This document shows positions 11,230-22,155 of a stretch of 64,000 nt of DNA, in pieces; the stretch's first letter is position 1; each line of letters starts with the position of its first letter. This stretch comes from Alphaproteobacteria bacterium (GTDB taxonomy: Bacteria > Pseudomonadota > Alphaproteobacteria > MPNO01 > UBA830): the NCBI GenBank assembly GCA_964291215.2, contig OZ219790.1, positions 896,001 through 960,000 on the forward strand, read 5' to 3'. The position numbers and the translations under genes were made by a program. The notes beneath the pieces were generated by a model. The model had not been told where the DNA came from. It was given only the letters and a program-made list of their open reading frames with translations, and did not search any database.

Positions 11230-11449
11230 GTCATCTGGAACTGAAGTAAGTATGATTGTATGATGGCGGTTGGAGTGTGAACACGGAGATCATGGCGATG
11301 CCACGCGGTATGGGACGGCCCTTGGCGGTGCTGGTCTTGAGTGGTCAAGGCCGCCAGCGGCCGTCCCGTACCGCGCCCCATCGAGATAACCTCCATTGTC
11401 TGACTCGGGACACAACCATACAATGAACCTTACTTCAGTGTCACGTGAC
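11230..11449. mobile_element. ~220-bp IS630-derived MITE with internal long hairpin, copy 1
   Basis: IRs gtca.ctg..actgaagtaag and cttacttcagt..cacgtgac flanked by TA; internal inverted repeat cgcggtatgggacggcc...ggccgtcccgtaccgcg. Confidence 0.7.
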
Positions 11450-11451
11450 TA

Positions 11452-12628
11452 GTAGTCTACCGACATTGTATTGATGGTTTTCGGCGGGTAGTATTTCCGT
11501 GTCGACGTTCGTTGGAATCCGGACAGTGCCGATATCCACACGGGCAGATGCCGAACAGGCAGGCAGCCCCATGCGCAGGTCCGGACAACGGGCATGCTCG
11601 CAGGTCTTCGGCGCAATGACAGGAGCGTGGCCAACTCTCAGGGCAGGAAGCTCTACCGGATAACCCTTTCGGCGCAGGAGCGCCGGGATCTGAAGGCGAT
11701 CGTCGACGGCACCGGGGCCGCCTGGCACAGGTCCTGATGCTGAAGGGCGCTTGTCGATGCCGACATTGCGCTGGGCACGGCGACGGTCGAACGCTTGCGC
11801 AAGCGCTGCGTCCTGAAGGGTCCGGAGGCCGCCCTCAGCCGCAAGGAGCAGGTGAACCGTCGGCCGAAACGGGGGCGATGGAGGCGAATCTGGTCTCGTC
11901 CCCGCCCGAGGGCTGTGGACGCTGCTCGCCGGCCGTCTGGTGGAGATCGTCGAGCGCATTTCGGAAGAGACGGTCAGGAAGACGCTAAAAAAAAGAGATC
12001 AAGCCGTGGCTGAACTGGTGCATTCCACCGCACCGGAGCGCACAGTTCGTGGCGGCGGACGTGCTTGACATTTGTCAGCGGGACTTTGCCGGGGATGAGG
12101 TGCTGGTGTGCGAGGCCAGCCGGCAGCAGACGAAGGCCCCCCCCCCCCGTCCCCCGGTCAGCCGGAGGTGGTCGACTATGAATATGAGCGCAACGGCACG
12201 GCCAACCTCTTCATGGCCTTTGCGCCCAACGAGAACTGGCGCACGGTGAAAGTCACCGACCGCCGCGGGACTGGGCGCACTTCATCCAGGAGCTTGCCGA
12301 CGACCATTTCCCCGACAGGAAGATCGTGCTGGACAATCTGAACACGCACAGTCGCTGTATGAAGCCTTCGAGCCCGAGGAGGCGGGTGCGAAAGCGGTTC
12401 GAGTTTCGCTACACGCCGAAGCTGGCTCGACATGGCCGAGATCGGTGCGCTGTCGCGGCAGTGCCTTCGGCGACGCATTCCCGACCGTGACACCATGCGG
12501 CGGGAAACGGCAGCATGGGTGGAACGGCGCAATGCGGCCGATGTCACTGTCGACTGGCGTTTCACGACAAAGGATGCTCGGACGAAACTGAAGTCACTAT
12601 ATCCTTCAATCCAATAATGCCAGACTAC
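11452..12628 (+). mobile_element. IS630-family element copy 2, degraded
   Basis: TA-flanked gtagtc...gactac; paralog of 6919-8140. Confidence 0.9.
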
Positions 12629-12630
12629 TA

Positions 12631-13448
12631 GGCTGTGTACCCAAATGTTGACATTTTGCATGATCTGCCTCATTCTTGTCGAAAGCGATTCACAAGGAGA
12701 GTGAAGGATGAGCGGCGACCGACACGACATGAGCGACGCGGAATGGGAAGTTCTCCGCTCGGTGCTTCCTGACAAGCACTAGGGCCCGGAGCGGGTGCAT
12801 GACCGGAGGAACGGGATATTCTTCGTGCTTCGCACCGGTACGCCGTGGCGCGACCTGCGCTACGGTCCGTTTGCTTCAACCGCTTCAACCGGTGGAGCAA
12901 GAACGGCACCTGGGCATGGAGAAGCTTCAAAGGCTTACGAGCGGTGATGACGGGAGCGACGATGGCCCGCCGGTTCATCTGCGCATGGTGAACTCCTCGT
13001 CGGTGCGCGTTCACAAGCTGGGATGTCCCGGGACGACGAGCCTTCGCAAATCGGGCCGTGGCGGACGAACGACGAAGGTCCATCTTGGCGAGAGGGTGAA
13101 GACCGTGTTCCTGACCCCGGGCCAAGCGGCCGACTGCGCGCAGGCGCTTCTCGCCGGGCATGGCGAGACGGTGGTCGGCGACAAGGCCTACGACACCGAC
13201 GCCATCTGATCGAGACGGCAGGAGCAACCGCGGTCATGAAATCCAACCGGACATCGCCACGGCCGCTTGACCGCGAGATCTACAGGATGCGCAACCTGGT
13301 CGAGCGGCTCTTCGGCAAGATCAAGGAGTTCCGACGAGTCGCCACCCGTTATGATAAGACCGCACGGAACTTCCTCTCCGCCGTGCAACTGGCTACCAGC
13401 CGATTCTTGCTCCGCAGAATCGCAGACCAATTATTTGAGTCCACAGCC
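12631..13448 (+). mobile_element. IS5-family (IS427-like) element, degraded
   Basis: IRs ggctgtgtacccaaat and atttgagtccacagcc, TA-flanked; MSDAEWE, LRTGTPWRDL, GDKAYDTD, YRMRNLVERLFGKIKEFRRVATRYDK. Confidence 0.88.
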
Positions 13449-13450
13449 TA

Positions 13451-13670
13451 GTCATCTGGAACTGAAGTAAGCATGATTATATGATGGCGGTTGGAGTGTG
13501 AACACGAAGGTCATGGCGATGCCACGCGGTATGGGACGGCCTTTGGCGGGTGCTGGTCTTGAGTGGTCAAGGCCGCCAGCGACCGTCCCGTACCGCGCCC
13601 CATCGAGATAACCTCCATTGTCCGACTCGGGACACAACCTTACAATGAACCTTACTTCAGTGTCACCTGA
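13451..13670. mobile_element. ~220-bp IS630-derived hairpin MITE, copy 2
   Basis: Near-identical to 11230-11449 with the same IRs and internal palindrome. Confidence 0.7.
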
Positions 13671-13804
13671 CTAGCACAGGTTCGCAGTTCCGTTGCACCT
13701 GCGGGCGATGAAATCTTCCCACCCGCTTTCCGCCGTTCGCGGATCGACAAGTGAAATCATGACGCTCATCCGGGCCTCCCCGGGCTGTGGTTTTCTGTGT
13801 CTGG

Positions 13805-14836
13805 CTACGCGGCGACGACCGCTTCGGCAGCAATGCTCTCACGCAAAAGGGTGCGCATGGCAAGCCCCGGCGCATCGACGTTGATGTCGATCCAACGGGT
13901 GTCAGGATCCCTGTCGAGCGCGGCCTGCTGCGCCTCGACGATCGCCACGTCTTCCATGAATATCCTGTAGAAATCGCGGCGATAGACCTCGTCCATCGCG
14001 GCGCTGTCGGTCTTGAAGAAGTGGGCATGCGCGTAGAAGAAGTGAGTGCTGATCGCGGTCTCAGGCGTCGGCGCGTTGAGCGCGTGATAGGCGATGCCTT
14101 GTGGTCGTTCACCTTCCAGCACGCCACTGCCGACTTCGGCGCTGCCGACGTTGACGTCGATCAGGGCCGGCAGTGCCGCCTCGACAATCATCCAGCGATC
14201 CACGTTTCCCTCGAACTCCCCGGCCGCGCGGTGGAACGGCGGTGGCACCACGTCGGCCATCAGCCGCGTCATGACAACCCGGTCGGTTTTCCGCTCAGTG
14301 CGCACCGGGAACCTCACCACGGCATCGCTGCCGATGGTGTCGGGATGGACGTAGCCGACATGACTCAGATCGAGCAAGTTGTCGGTGAGCAGCTCGTAAT
14401 TGCTGCGCGTGTGGATCGGTCTGCCCTCGTTGCCGGGGACGACCTTCCATTCGGGGTGGTCCATGAACCACCAGTCGGGAATCGCGGATTCGTCGGCGTG
14501 GGCGGAATCTCCCATCCAGATCCAGACCCAGCGCTCGGCAAGGGGATAGGTACGCACCGCGGCCCCTGGCGGGACGGCGCTCTGGCTCGGGACATGGCGA
14601 CAGCGCCCTCCGGCATCGAACTGCAGGCCGTGATAGCCACACCGGATTCCGTCTCCGACGACCTCGCCCATCGAGAGCGGCAGCTGCCGGTGACAGCACC
14701 GGTCCTCGAGCGCGACCGGCGTTCCATCATCGATCCGGAACAGTACCACCGGCTCATCCAGCAACGTACGGGCGAGCGGTACATTCGTAACCTCGCTGCC
14801 CCAGGCCGCGACATACCACGCGTTGCGCAGAAACAT
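13805..14836 (-). CDS. Rieske non-heme iron oxygenase alpha subunit (VanA/TsaM-like O-demethylase or monooxygenase)
   Basis: MFLRNAWYVAAW start; Rieske CCHR...CGYHG; mononuclear iron motif DNLLDLSHVGYVH; C-terminal EDVAIVEAQQ. Confidence 0.9.
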   Translation of the reverse strand: MFLRNAWYVAAWGSEVTNVPLARTLLDEPVVLFRIDDGTPVALEDRCCHRQLPLSMGEVVGDGIRCGYHGLQFDAGGRCRHVPSQSAVPPGAAVRTYPLAERWVWIWMGDSAHADESAIPDWWFMDHPEWKVVPGNEGRPIHTRSNYELLTDNLLDLSHVGYVHPDTIGSDAVVRFPVRTERKTDRVVMTRLMADVVPPPFHRAAGEFEGNVDRWMIVEAALPALIDVNVGSAEVGSGVLEGERPQGIAYHALNAPTPETAISTHFFYAHAHFFKTDSAAMDEVYRRDFYRIFMEDVAIVEAQQAALDRDPDTRWIDINVDAPGLAMRTLLRESIAAEAVVAA

Positions 14837-15001
14837 TGGCACCTCGTTCGGTTATCTCTTGCGGCGCCAGTCTAGGCATCAGACCGGAGCTTGTCTCCCG
14901 CTTCCGGCGGCTACGCCCCGGCGGTCTGACACGGGTGCCTCCGGAAAGGAGTGACGCCTATCGCCACACCGCGACAAGGAACGGTGTGAGTGGAGGAATA
15001 T

Positions 15002-15154
15002 CATGAAGACCGGCGTGACCATCGGCTATTCGGGCTCCAGCTTCTCGGTACCACCCGAGGAGATCCACGAGATCGAGAGGCTCGGCTACGCTTCCGCCCG
15101 GATCTCAAAGGCCTACGGCTCCAGCATCGTCATACCGGCGACCCTGCAGCCCAG
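15002..15154 (+). pseudogene. N-terminal remnant of an LLM-class (luciferase-like) oxidoreductase
   Basis: MKTGVTIGYSG, then frameshifted EIERLGYAS..SKAYGS; truncated at MITE copy 2. Confidence 0.5.
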
Positions 15155-17194
15155 CATGATGATCCCGCGCTGCTAAACCGAAGTTCCAGTCACAATCAGA
15201 CGCATCATTTTGCATGTATTGACGTTCGAGAGAATCGGGTGTGTCGCTACCGGGAACGCTACAGGCGCACGCCGAGGTGGTCCAGGGCCTTTCTCTGAAG
15301 TGAGGTGGGGCGTGTGGTGACCTGGAAGGGATCGGTGCTTGCAAGGCGGGGAGCCACGGTGTTGCGGGTGAGGGTGGCGAGGTCGCCGAGGAGCGTGCGG
15401 AAACTGTGCACCGGATCTCCGTCAGCGTTCCGCTTGCTGCCGGCCTTGGCCCGGGCGCTCTCCGATACCCTTGCCGGTGCCACGATGGGCGGCCACCGGG
15501 CGCCTTCGCCATCCTCGTCCTCGAACAGCAGGGGCTTCAATCTCTGACGCATGTGCCATTCGACGTAGTAGGCGAGCATACACAGGAAGATGTGGGCCCG
15601 GGGTTTGGTGCGGTGGTAGACGGGACGGACCTTCAGGTCCTTGAGGCTGCGGAAGGCCCGTTCCACGGAGCTCAGCCGCTTGCAGGCGCGTACCGTGCCG
15701 GGACCGTCGAGCTCGCTCTGCGGCAGACTGGTGCGGACCACGTAGAGGAGCCTGGCCTCGGCAGCGATGGCAGCCTCATCGCGCCCATAGGTGAAGACAC
15801 CGTCATCGTCGATGGACCACGTGAAGTGCTTCGCCATCTTGTACCGACCTTGCCGATCCGCTCCCCGATCTTCCCGGCGCTTGTCGCGCCGTGTCGCTGC
15901 GGCAATCGGTGCGAGCCTCGGTGGCCTCGAGCAGCTCCTGACGCTTGCGAGCCCGGTCCTCGGCCAGCAAGGGGTTGCGGCAGAGGCGCTCGCCGGGATA
16001 CGCATCGCTGGTGATCTCCACCAGGGCTCTCTCGTCGAAGAGCGACATCTCGATGTCGCCGGCCTCCACCAGTGAACGGATGCCCCTCAAGGCGCTGATC
16101 TAGGCCCGCAGGCTTCACCTCCTCGCGCGCCTCGGTCCCCCGATCCCCCACCAGCACCACCTTCGCAAGGGAGAACCGCTCCTGCAGCGTGGCGATCTGC
16201 GAGGACAGCGTCGCCGGGTTCGCCGTGTTGCCGGGAAACACCTGCACCGACACCCGTCCCGATCACACAGAAGGCCGACTGCAGCTTGCCCTTCTTGCCA
16301 TCCCGGGAATGACCTCGCCTGGCCAAGGGGCACGCTCTCCCCTCCATCCACACGGAAGTCAGGAGCACCAGGCAGCCCTCTTCGAGGTGCCGCTTCGCCA
16401 GGGATCGCTCGATCCTCTCCTGACGCTCCAGGAGCCGGCGCCGTAGAGGACATCCTCGTCCCCTTCCGCCTCGAGGATCTCGCCCAAGGTACTCGCCGCA
16501 GTGGCCTCGGCCAGCCCTCGGGCCAGCTTCGAAGCGGGTGCCAGGATCCTCGCCACGATCAGGGCCAGCACCTGATCGCGCCTGGGAGAGGGCTTCGGGT
16601 CGATCCGCCTGTCCAGCTTCTTCAGGGTTCCCAGCACTGCGGCGACATGACCATGGGGAAGGGAACGGACGATGTCGAAGGCATCGTCACCGAGGGGTTC
16701 GTTCTTCAAGAGGCGCCGCAGGATCTCGACCTTCCCCATAGGCCAAGAGGAGAGATTGGCGATGGTGCGTTTCCTGACCTTTCCGTTTTCGCGCCATCCT
16801 TCGCGCAGGAGGATGGCGGGGGGGGGGGGGGGGGGGGGGCGAATTGCGGTTGAGGATGATGTCTATATACATGGCAACGTATATAGAAGATCAAAATTTT
16901 ATATCAATAGGTTATTATACCTATACATAGTAATATTTTAGTACCGTCTCCGCGCCAGTTTACCAACAAGATCAACCGCTTGGAGAGATTCTGCCGCCGA
17001 AATCAGGGAGAACTTCGGGCTAATCGAGCGACGATCGGCGAGATTTTTCAGTCTGCGTCGCGCTGCAATCGTGCCGCCAAGGCTCGATGAGGCCTTCTTG
17101 ACGCGGAAAATTGCGATCAAGGAGGCGATTTATGATGACGCGAGCCCCGATGTACTCGGATTTCTCGTCTCCGAATCAGCATGGGATCGTCATG
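15155..17194. mobile_element. ~195-bp MITE (copy 2), interrupted by IS1634
   Basis: IRs catgatgatccc and gggatcgtcatg; near-perfect 9-bp TSD gcagcccag/gcagctcag; 17019-17194 aligns with ~1333-1420 plus 4316-4404. Confidence 0.75.
15178..17018 (-). mobile_element. IS1634-family element copy 1, degraded
   Basis: IRs ccgaagtt and aacttcgg; flanks gctaaa/gctaat; MYIDIILNRN, SLPHGHVAAV, GHSRDGKKGKLQ, VGDRG, VERAFRSLK. Confidence 0.88.
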
Positions 17195-17460
17195 GCAGCT
17201 CAGCAGGAATTCTTGACTTCAGGGCAGGGAATCTCGAAAGTCGCTGAATGGAATTGACCACATTGTCGGCAAAGTCTACTCATGGTGCGCTGGGCCAAGC
17301 CGTCGCGGACCTTCATCGAGTTGACCTAAAGAGTACGCCTGATCCAACAAACTGCAGGTTACGTAACGGTCGCCGCCTCGACGGGACAGCGGCCAGCCTG
17401 CCCGCACCAGATCCGCATCAGCAGCCGTCAGACTGCTCCTGACGGGAATGGAGAACATAC

Positions 17461-18216
17461 ATGACCTCCTTGAGAGTGGCTATCGTCACGGGAGGTGGCA
17501 CCGGCATTGGACGGGCCGCCGCGCTAGCGCTGCAGAAGACGGGACACTCCGTCGTCTTGGCCGGGCGCCGGCCCGAACCGCTGCAGGAAACCATCGCTAT
17601 GGGGTCCGATGACGGCCCTGACATGCTGGCCGTGCCCACGGACATCACCAATCCGGCACAGATCAAGGCACTTTTTGCCACGACCTGCGAGACATGCGGG
17701 CGTCTCGACTTGCTGTTCAACAACGCCGGGATCGGTACACCAAGGATCCCGATGGAGGACCTTGACCTCGTCGATTGGAAGCGCGTAGTCGACGTGAACC
17801 TCACCGGATCGTTCATCTGCGCGCAGGAAGCGATCAGGATCATGAAGCACCAAACACCGCGCGGGGGCCGGATCATCAACAACGGTTCGGTGTCTGCGCA
17901 CGTGCCGCGCCCCGACACAGTCGCCTACACGGCCACCAAGCACGCGATGACAGGCCTGACCAAGAGCATCGCCCTCGACGGTCGGCGTCACAATATCTCG
18001 TGCAGCCAGATCGACATCGGAAACGCCGACACGCCGCTCGCAAGCCACATGAAGCACGGCGTACCGCAGGCCAACGGGGGGATCATGGCGGAACCGGTGA
18101 TGGACGCCAAGCATTGCGGCGATGCCATCGCTTATATCGCCGACTTGCCGCCCGACGCTAACGTCCTGTTCATGACGATCATGGCAACCAAGATGCCCTT
18201 TGTCGGCCGCGGCTAG
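17461..18216 (+). CDS. SDR-family oxidoreductase
   Basis: [17 protein letters not shown]; intact 251 aa; ggaga RBS upstream. Confidence 0.92.
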   Translation: MTSLRVAIVTGGGTGIGRAAALALQKTGHSVVLAGRRPEPLQETIAMGSDDGPDMLAVPTDITNPAQIKALFATTCETCGRLDLLFNNAGIGTPRIPMEDLDLVDWKRVVDVNLTGSFICAQEAIRIMKHQTPRGGRIINNGSVSAHVPRPDTVAYTATKHAMTGLTKSIALDGRRHNISCSQIDIGNADTPLASHMKHGVPQANGGIMAEPVMDAKHCGDAIAYIADLPPDANVLFMTIMATKMPFVGRG

Positions 18217-18254
18217 TGTTATGTCAGCAATGATATGTCGTACATTTGGTGCTA

Positions 18255-19445
18255 GTAGTCTGGCATTATTGGATTGAGGGATATAGTGACTTCAGTTTCG
18301 TCCGGGCATCCTTCGTCGTGAAACGCCAGTCGACAGTGACATCGGCCGCATTGCGGCGCTCGACCCACGCCACGGTCTCCCGCAGCATGGTGTCGCGGTC
18401 GGGAATGCGTCGTCAAAGGCACTGTCGCGACAGCGCACCGATCCTCGATCTCGGCCATGTTGAGCCAGCTTCCGTGCTTTGGCGTGTAGCGAAACTCGAA
18501 CCGCTTTCGCACCCGCCTCCTCGGGCTCGAAGGCTTCATACAGTGATGCGGGATTGTGCGTGTTCAGATTGTCCAGCACGATCTTCCTGTCGGGGAAATG
18601 GTCGTCGGCAAGCTCCCGGATGAAGTGCGCCCGGTCCCGCGGCGGTCGGTGACTTTCACCGTGCGCCAGTTCTCGTTGGGCGCAAAGGCCATGAAGAGGT
18701 TGGCCGTACCGTTGTGCTCATATTCATGGTCGACCACCTCCGGCTGACCGGGGGACGGGGGGTTTCCTTCGTCTGCTGCCGGCTGGTCTCGCACACCAGC
18801 ACCTCGTCCCCGGCAAAGTCCCGCTGATAAATGTCAAGCACATCCGCCGCCACGAACTGTGCGCTCCGGTGAGGTGGAATGCACCAGTTCAGCCACGGCT
18901 TGATCTCTTTTTTTTGAGCGTCTTCCTGACCGTCTCTTCCGAAATGCGCTCGACGATCTCCACCAGACGGCCGGCGAGCAGCGTCCACAGCCCTCGGGCG
19001 GGGACGAGACCAGCTTCGCCTCCATCGCCCCCGTTTCGGCCGACGGTTCACCTGCTCCTTGCGGCTGAGGGCGGCCTCCGGACCCTCCAGAACGCGGCGC
19101 AAGCGCTCGACCGTCGCCGTGCCCAGCGCAATGTCGGCATCGACAAGCCTCGCGCTCCTCAGCATCAGGACCTGTGCCAGGCGGCCCCGGTGCCCGATCG
19201 CCTTCAGATCCCGGCGCTCCTGCGCCGAAAAGCTCACCCGGTAGAGCTTCCTGCCCCGAGAGTTGGCCACGCTCCTGTCATTGCGCCGAAGACATGCGGG
19301 CATGCCCGTTGTCTGGACCTGCGCATGGGGCTGCCTGCCTGTTCGGCATCTTGCCCGTGTGGATATCGACACTGTCCGGATTCCAACGGATGCAGACACA
19401 GGAATACTACCCACCAAAATCATCAATACAATGTCGGTGAACTAC
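18255..19445 (-). mobile_element. IS630-family element copy 3, degraded
   Basis: TA-flanked gtagtc...actac; paralog of copies 1 and 2. Confidence 0.9.
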
Positions 19446-19447
19446 TA

Positions 19448-20366
19448 GAGCAGATCGACGCGTGGAAGAACAGGGACACCGGCAAGCCGATCTCCACCGT
19501 GCACCGGGTGCTGCAGAACACCGACCCGGGATGGATCGAGGATGCGGCGCAGCCGCAGGTCGGCAACTTGGCACGGGACCGGTATTCGATCCTCAACTGT
19601 CACGACGGGGAGATCGCTGCCGTCCACGGCGCCGGCCGTCTGCTCACCTTCGACGCGCTCCACACCACCCGCGAGGCTGATCGTCGAGACCCATCGCGCG
19701 GACTGGTGATCAAGGGCAACGCGCCCGAGACCTTCGAGAGCATCAACCGGAAGACCGCGAGCACGGGACGCTACAAAGCCCGCGCATGGCCGCCAGCGCA
19801 CCATCTTCACCCCGCTGGCGAAGATGACCAACTATGTCAAGCAGATCTTCCGCGTCACCCGGCACGTCGAATTCAGGAAATCCGGAAAACGCCATGACCT
19901 CAGCCGAACGCGCCTTGCCGCAACAGTTGCTCGCATGGAATCGCGGACACTGGGTAGTCGAGAGCCATCATCATGTCCGCGATGCCACCTTCCGCGAAGA
20001 CGACTCCATGCTCCGAACGCGCCCGCAAACAACGCGATCACCCTCGCAATCGCCGTCATCATCCGCAACAAGCGCAAGCTGCCCAAACCCTTCAACAGCT
20101 TCGTCGACACCACTATGCCGACAAGCGCAGACAGGTCCTGCACGCAATCACAAGACCAGGCTGACCGCGCCTCTCTCCCCGACAGAAACTGCAAGCTTCC
20201 GAGCCCGGCAACCAAGGCCTCTTGCTCGCCCCGGATACGCCGACCAATCGCGCCCCGCGCCGCAACAGCGCGTCAGCAAATCTCAAAATCGCAGCTTCGA
20301 ACGCGTCGACCCGCGCCGCGATCAGGACTCAGATCACATCACATCAACAAGCATGAGATCACCTTG
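19448..20366 (+). pseudogene. ISAs1-family transposase remnant
   Basis: LLTFDALHT, VIKGNAP and NRGHWVVESHHHVRDATFREDDS lie in broken frames; boundaries approximate. Confidence 0.75.
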
Positions 20367-20482
20367 CCACCGATGACGGACGAGCGCCCAGAGGACCCAT
20401 TGGGCCCCGAGCAGCAGACCACCCCGAAAGTCGATCCGGAGGACCTGGTGCTGCGCACTAAGCTTAGGCCGGTGACCCGAAA

Positions 20483-22116
20483 TAGTGCCTGCGAAAAAAT
20501 ATAAAATGACTTGATTTTTTTGGTGGAATCCTGATATGGAGGGGACGAATAATCCCGCTTTGGGGCGGGAATTGGCCGATCAGACCGGAAATCCGCCGGA
20601 TTTTCGGAAAACTTCGCGAGAATTGCCATGCGAAACGTCATCAGCCCGCAGCTGGAATTGGGCCAGGTTGCGATCGAGAAGATCGATCTCAGCGAAGACT
20701 CGCGAGATGACATGCGCGGGATTCAGCACGTGTATGCCGACCCGGCTGTTCAAGATCCTGGAGGAGGGAATTCTTCCGAGAATGTCCCGCAGGAAAGCGC
20801 GTCCCGGCACTGTGGAAGATCCTGGTGTCCTGAAGCAGGGCCCGGGGTATGACCTCGATCATCTGCACGAGTTGGTGAACGAGCCGGTTCGGAAGTTCCC
20901 GGACCACGGCGATATCCGGGACAACACGAGGTACAGCTATCGGACGGTGCTGGAGAACGTGAGCCATCTGACGCCGGAAGTGCTGGGGAAGGTATCGCAG
21001 CTGGTGGCGGAGAGCGGCCATGCGATGGTCCGCAAGAGCGGCGAGTACAAGAGCGGCAAGCGCAAGTCGGACGGTCCCTTGCGGGGCCGCTGCGATTCGT
21101 TCGTGGTGGAGTGCACTACCCGACGGACGTCAACCTGCTGTGGGATGCGATGCGTTGTCTGGTGCGCGGCCGCGCAGCCGTGCTCGCGGGGGTGGCGGCA
21201 GTGGCAGCATCGGAGCCGCGGGAAGCGCTTTCAGAAAAGACCCGGCGGCGGCGGATGGTACCTCGACGACAGCCGGGAGTTGGAGCGCAGGAGACGGTTC
21301 CGGTGCTTCGGGAGAAGGGCATCGGAGCCTTGAGGATTCTCAAGATCCAGTCGTACCTCAACCATGCCCGCCGACAGATCGACCAGGTGGACCGTCGCCT
21401 AAGGCGAGAAGATCCCGCAGGAAGAGAAGGTGTTTTCGATCTTCGAGGAGCGCTGGTGCGTGAAAGGCAAGTGCCGGTGGAACTCGGCGTGCCGGTGGCC
21501 GTTCTGGAGGATCAGCATGGCTTCCTCCTACACCACCGGATCCTGTGGGAAGGCAGTGACGTGGACCATGCCGTACCCATGATCCGGGAAGCACAGGCCC
21601 GCTTCCCGGATCTGCGCCTGTGCACGGGTTCCACAGCCCTCGGGTCGCACTGGACGAACTGCTGGACGCGCTTCCGAAGAAGGGAAAGCTTGGTCGGGCG
21701 GAACGGGAAGCTGAGACGACGTTCCGGGAGATGCGCCGACAGCATCCGGCCGTGGAGTCGGCGATCAACAATCTTGAGCAACGCGGCATGGACCGGATCC
21801 TGTGGGGCGGACGGCTTTGCGCGGATGGTGGCGCTGTCCATGGTCGCCTTCAATGTCCACCGCCTGCTGTTGCACAGACAGGCCCGACGACGACGAAAAC
21901 GCGCCGCCTGACGGCGGCGCCCCTCCACCCCACCCACCCGCCGAGAGCGGGAACGGAGCCGCTTGTCCGGCTTCTCGGCTGGAAGAGCCCTGATACCACT
22001 GCGAATCAGCAGGACCCCCCCCCCCCCCCCGAAAACGGGGCGGGACCCGGAAGGGCGATCAAACCAGAAATTTCGCCGGAATCTCAGCCAAAACAGCCAT
22101 TTTCGCGCGGGCACTA
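20483..22116 (+). mobile_element. ISNCY/IS5-like element, degraded
   Basis: IRs tagtgcctgcgaaaaaat and attttcgcgcgggcacta; MRNVISPQLELGQVAIEKIDL..DSRDD, RCDSFVVE, HYPTD, EKVFSIFE, HPAVESAINNLE. Confidence 0.8.
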
Positions 22117-22155
22117 ATTAACCAACGCACCCTTCCTGCACATGTGAGCAACGGA

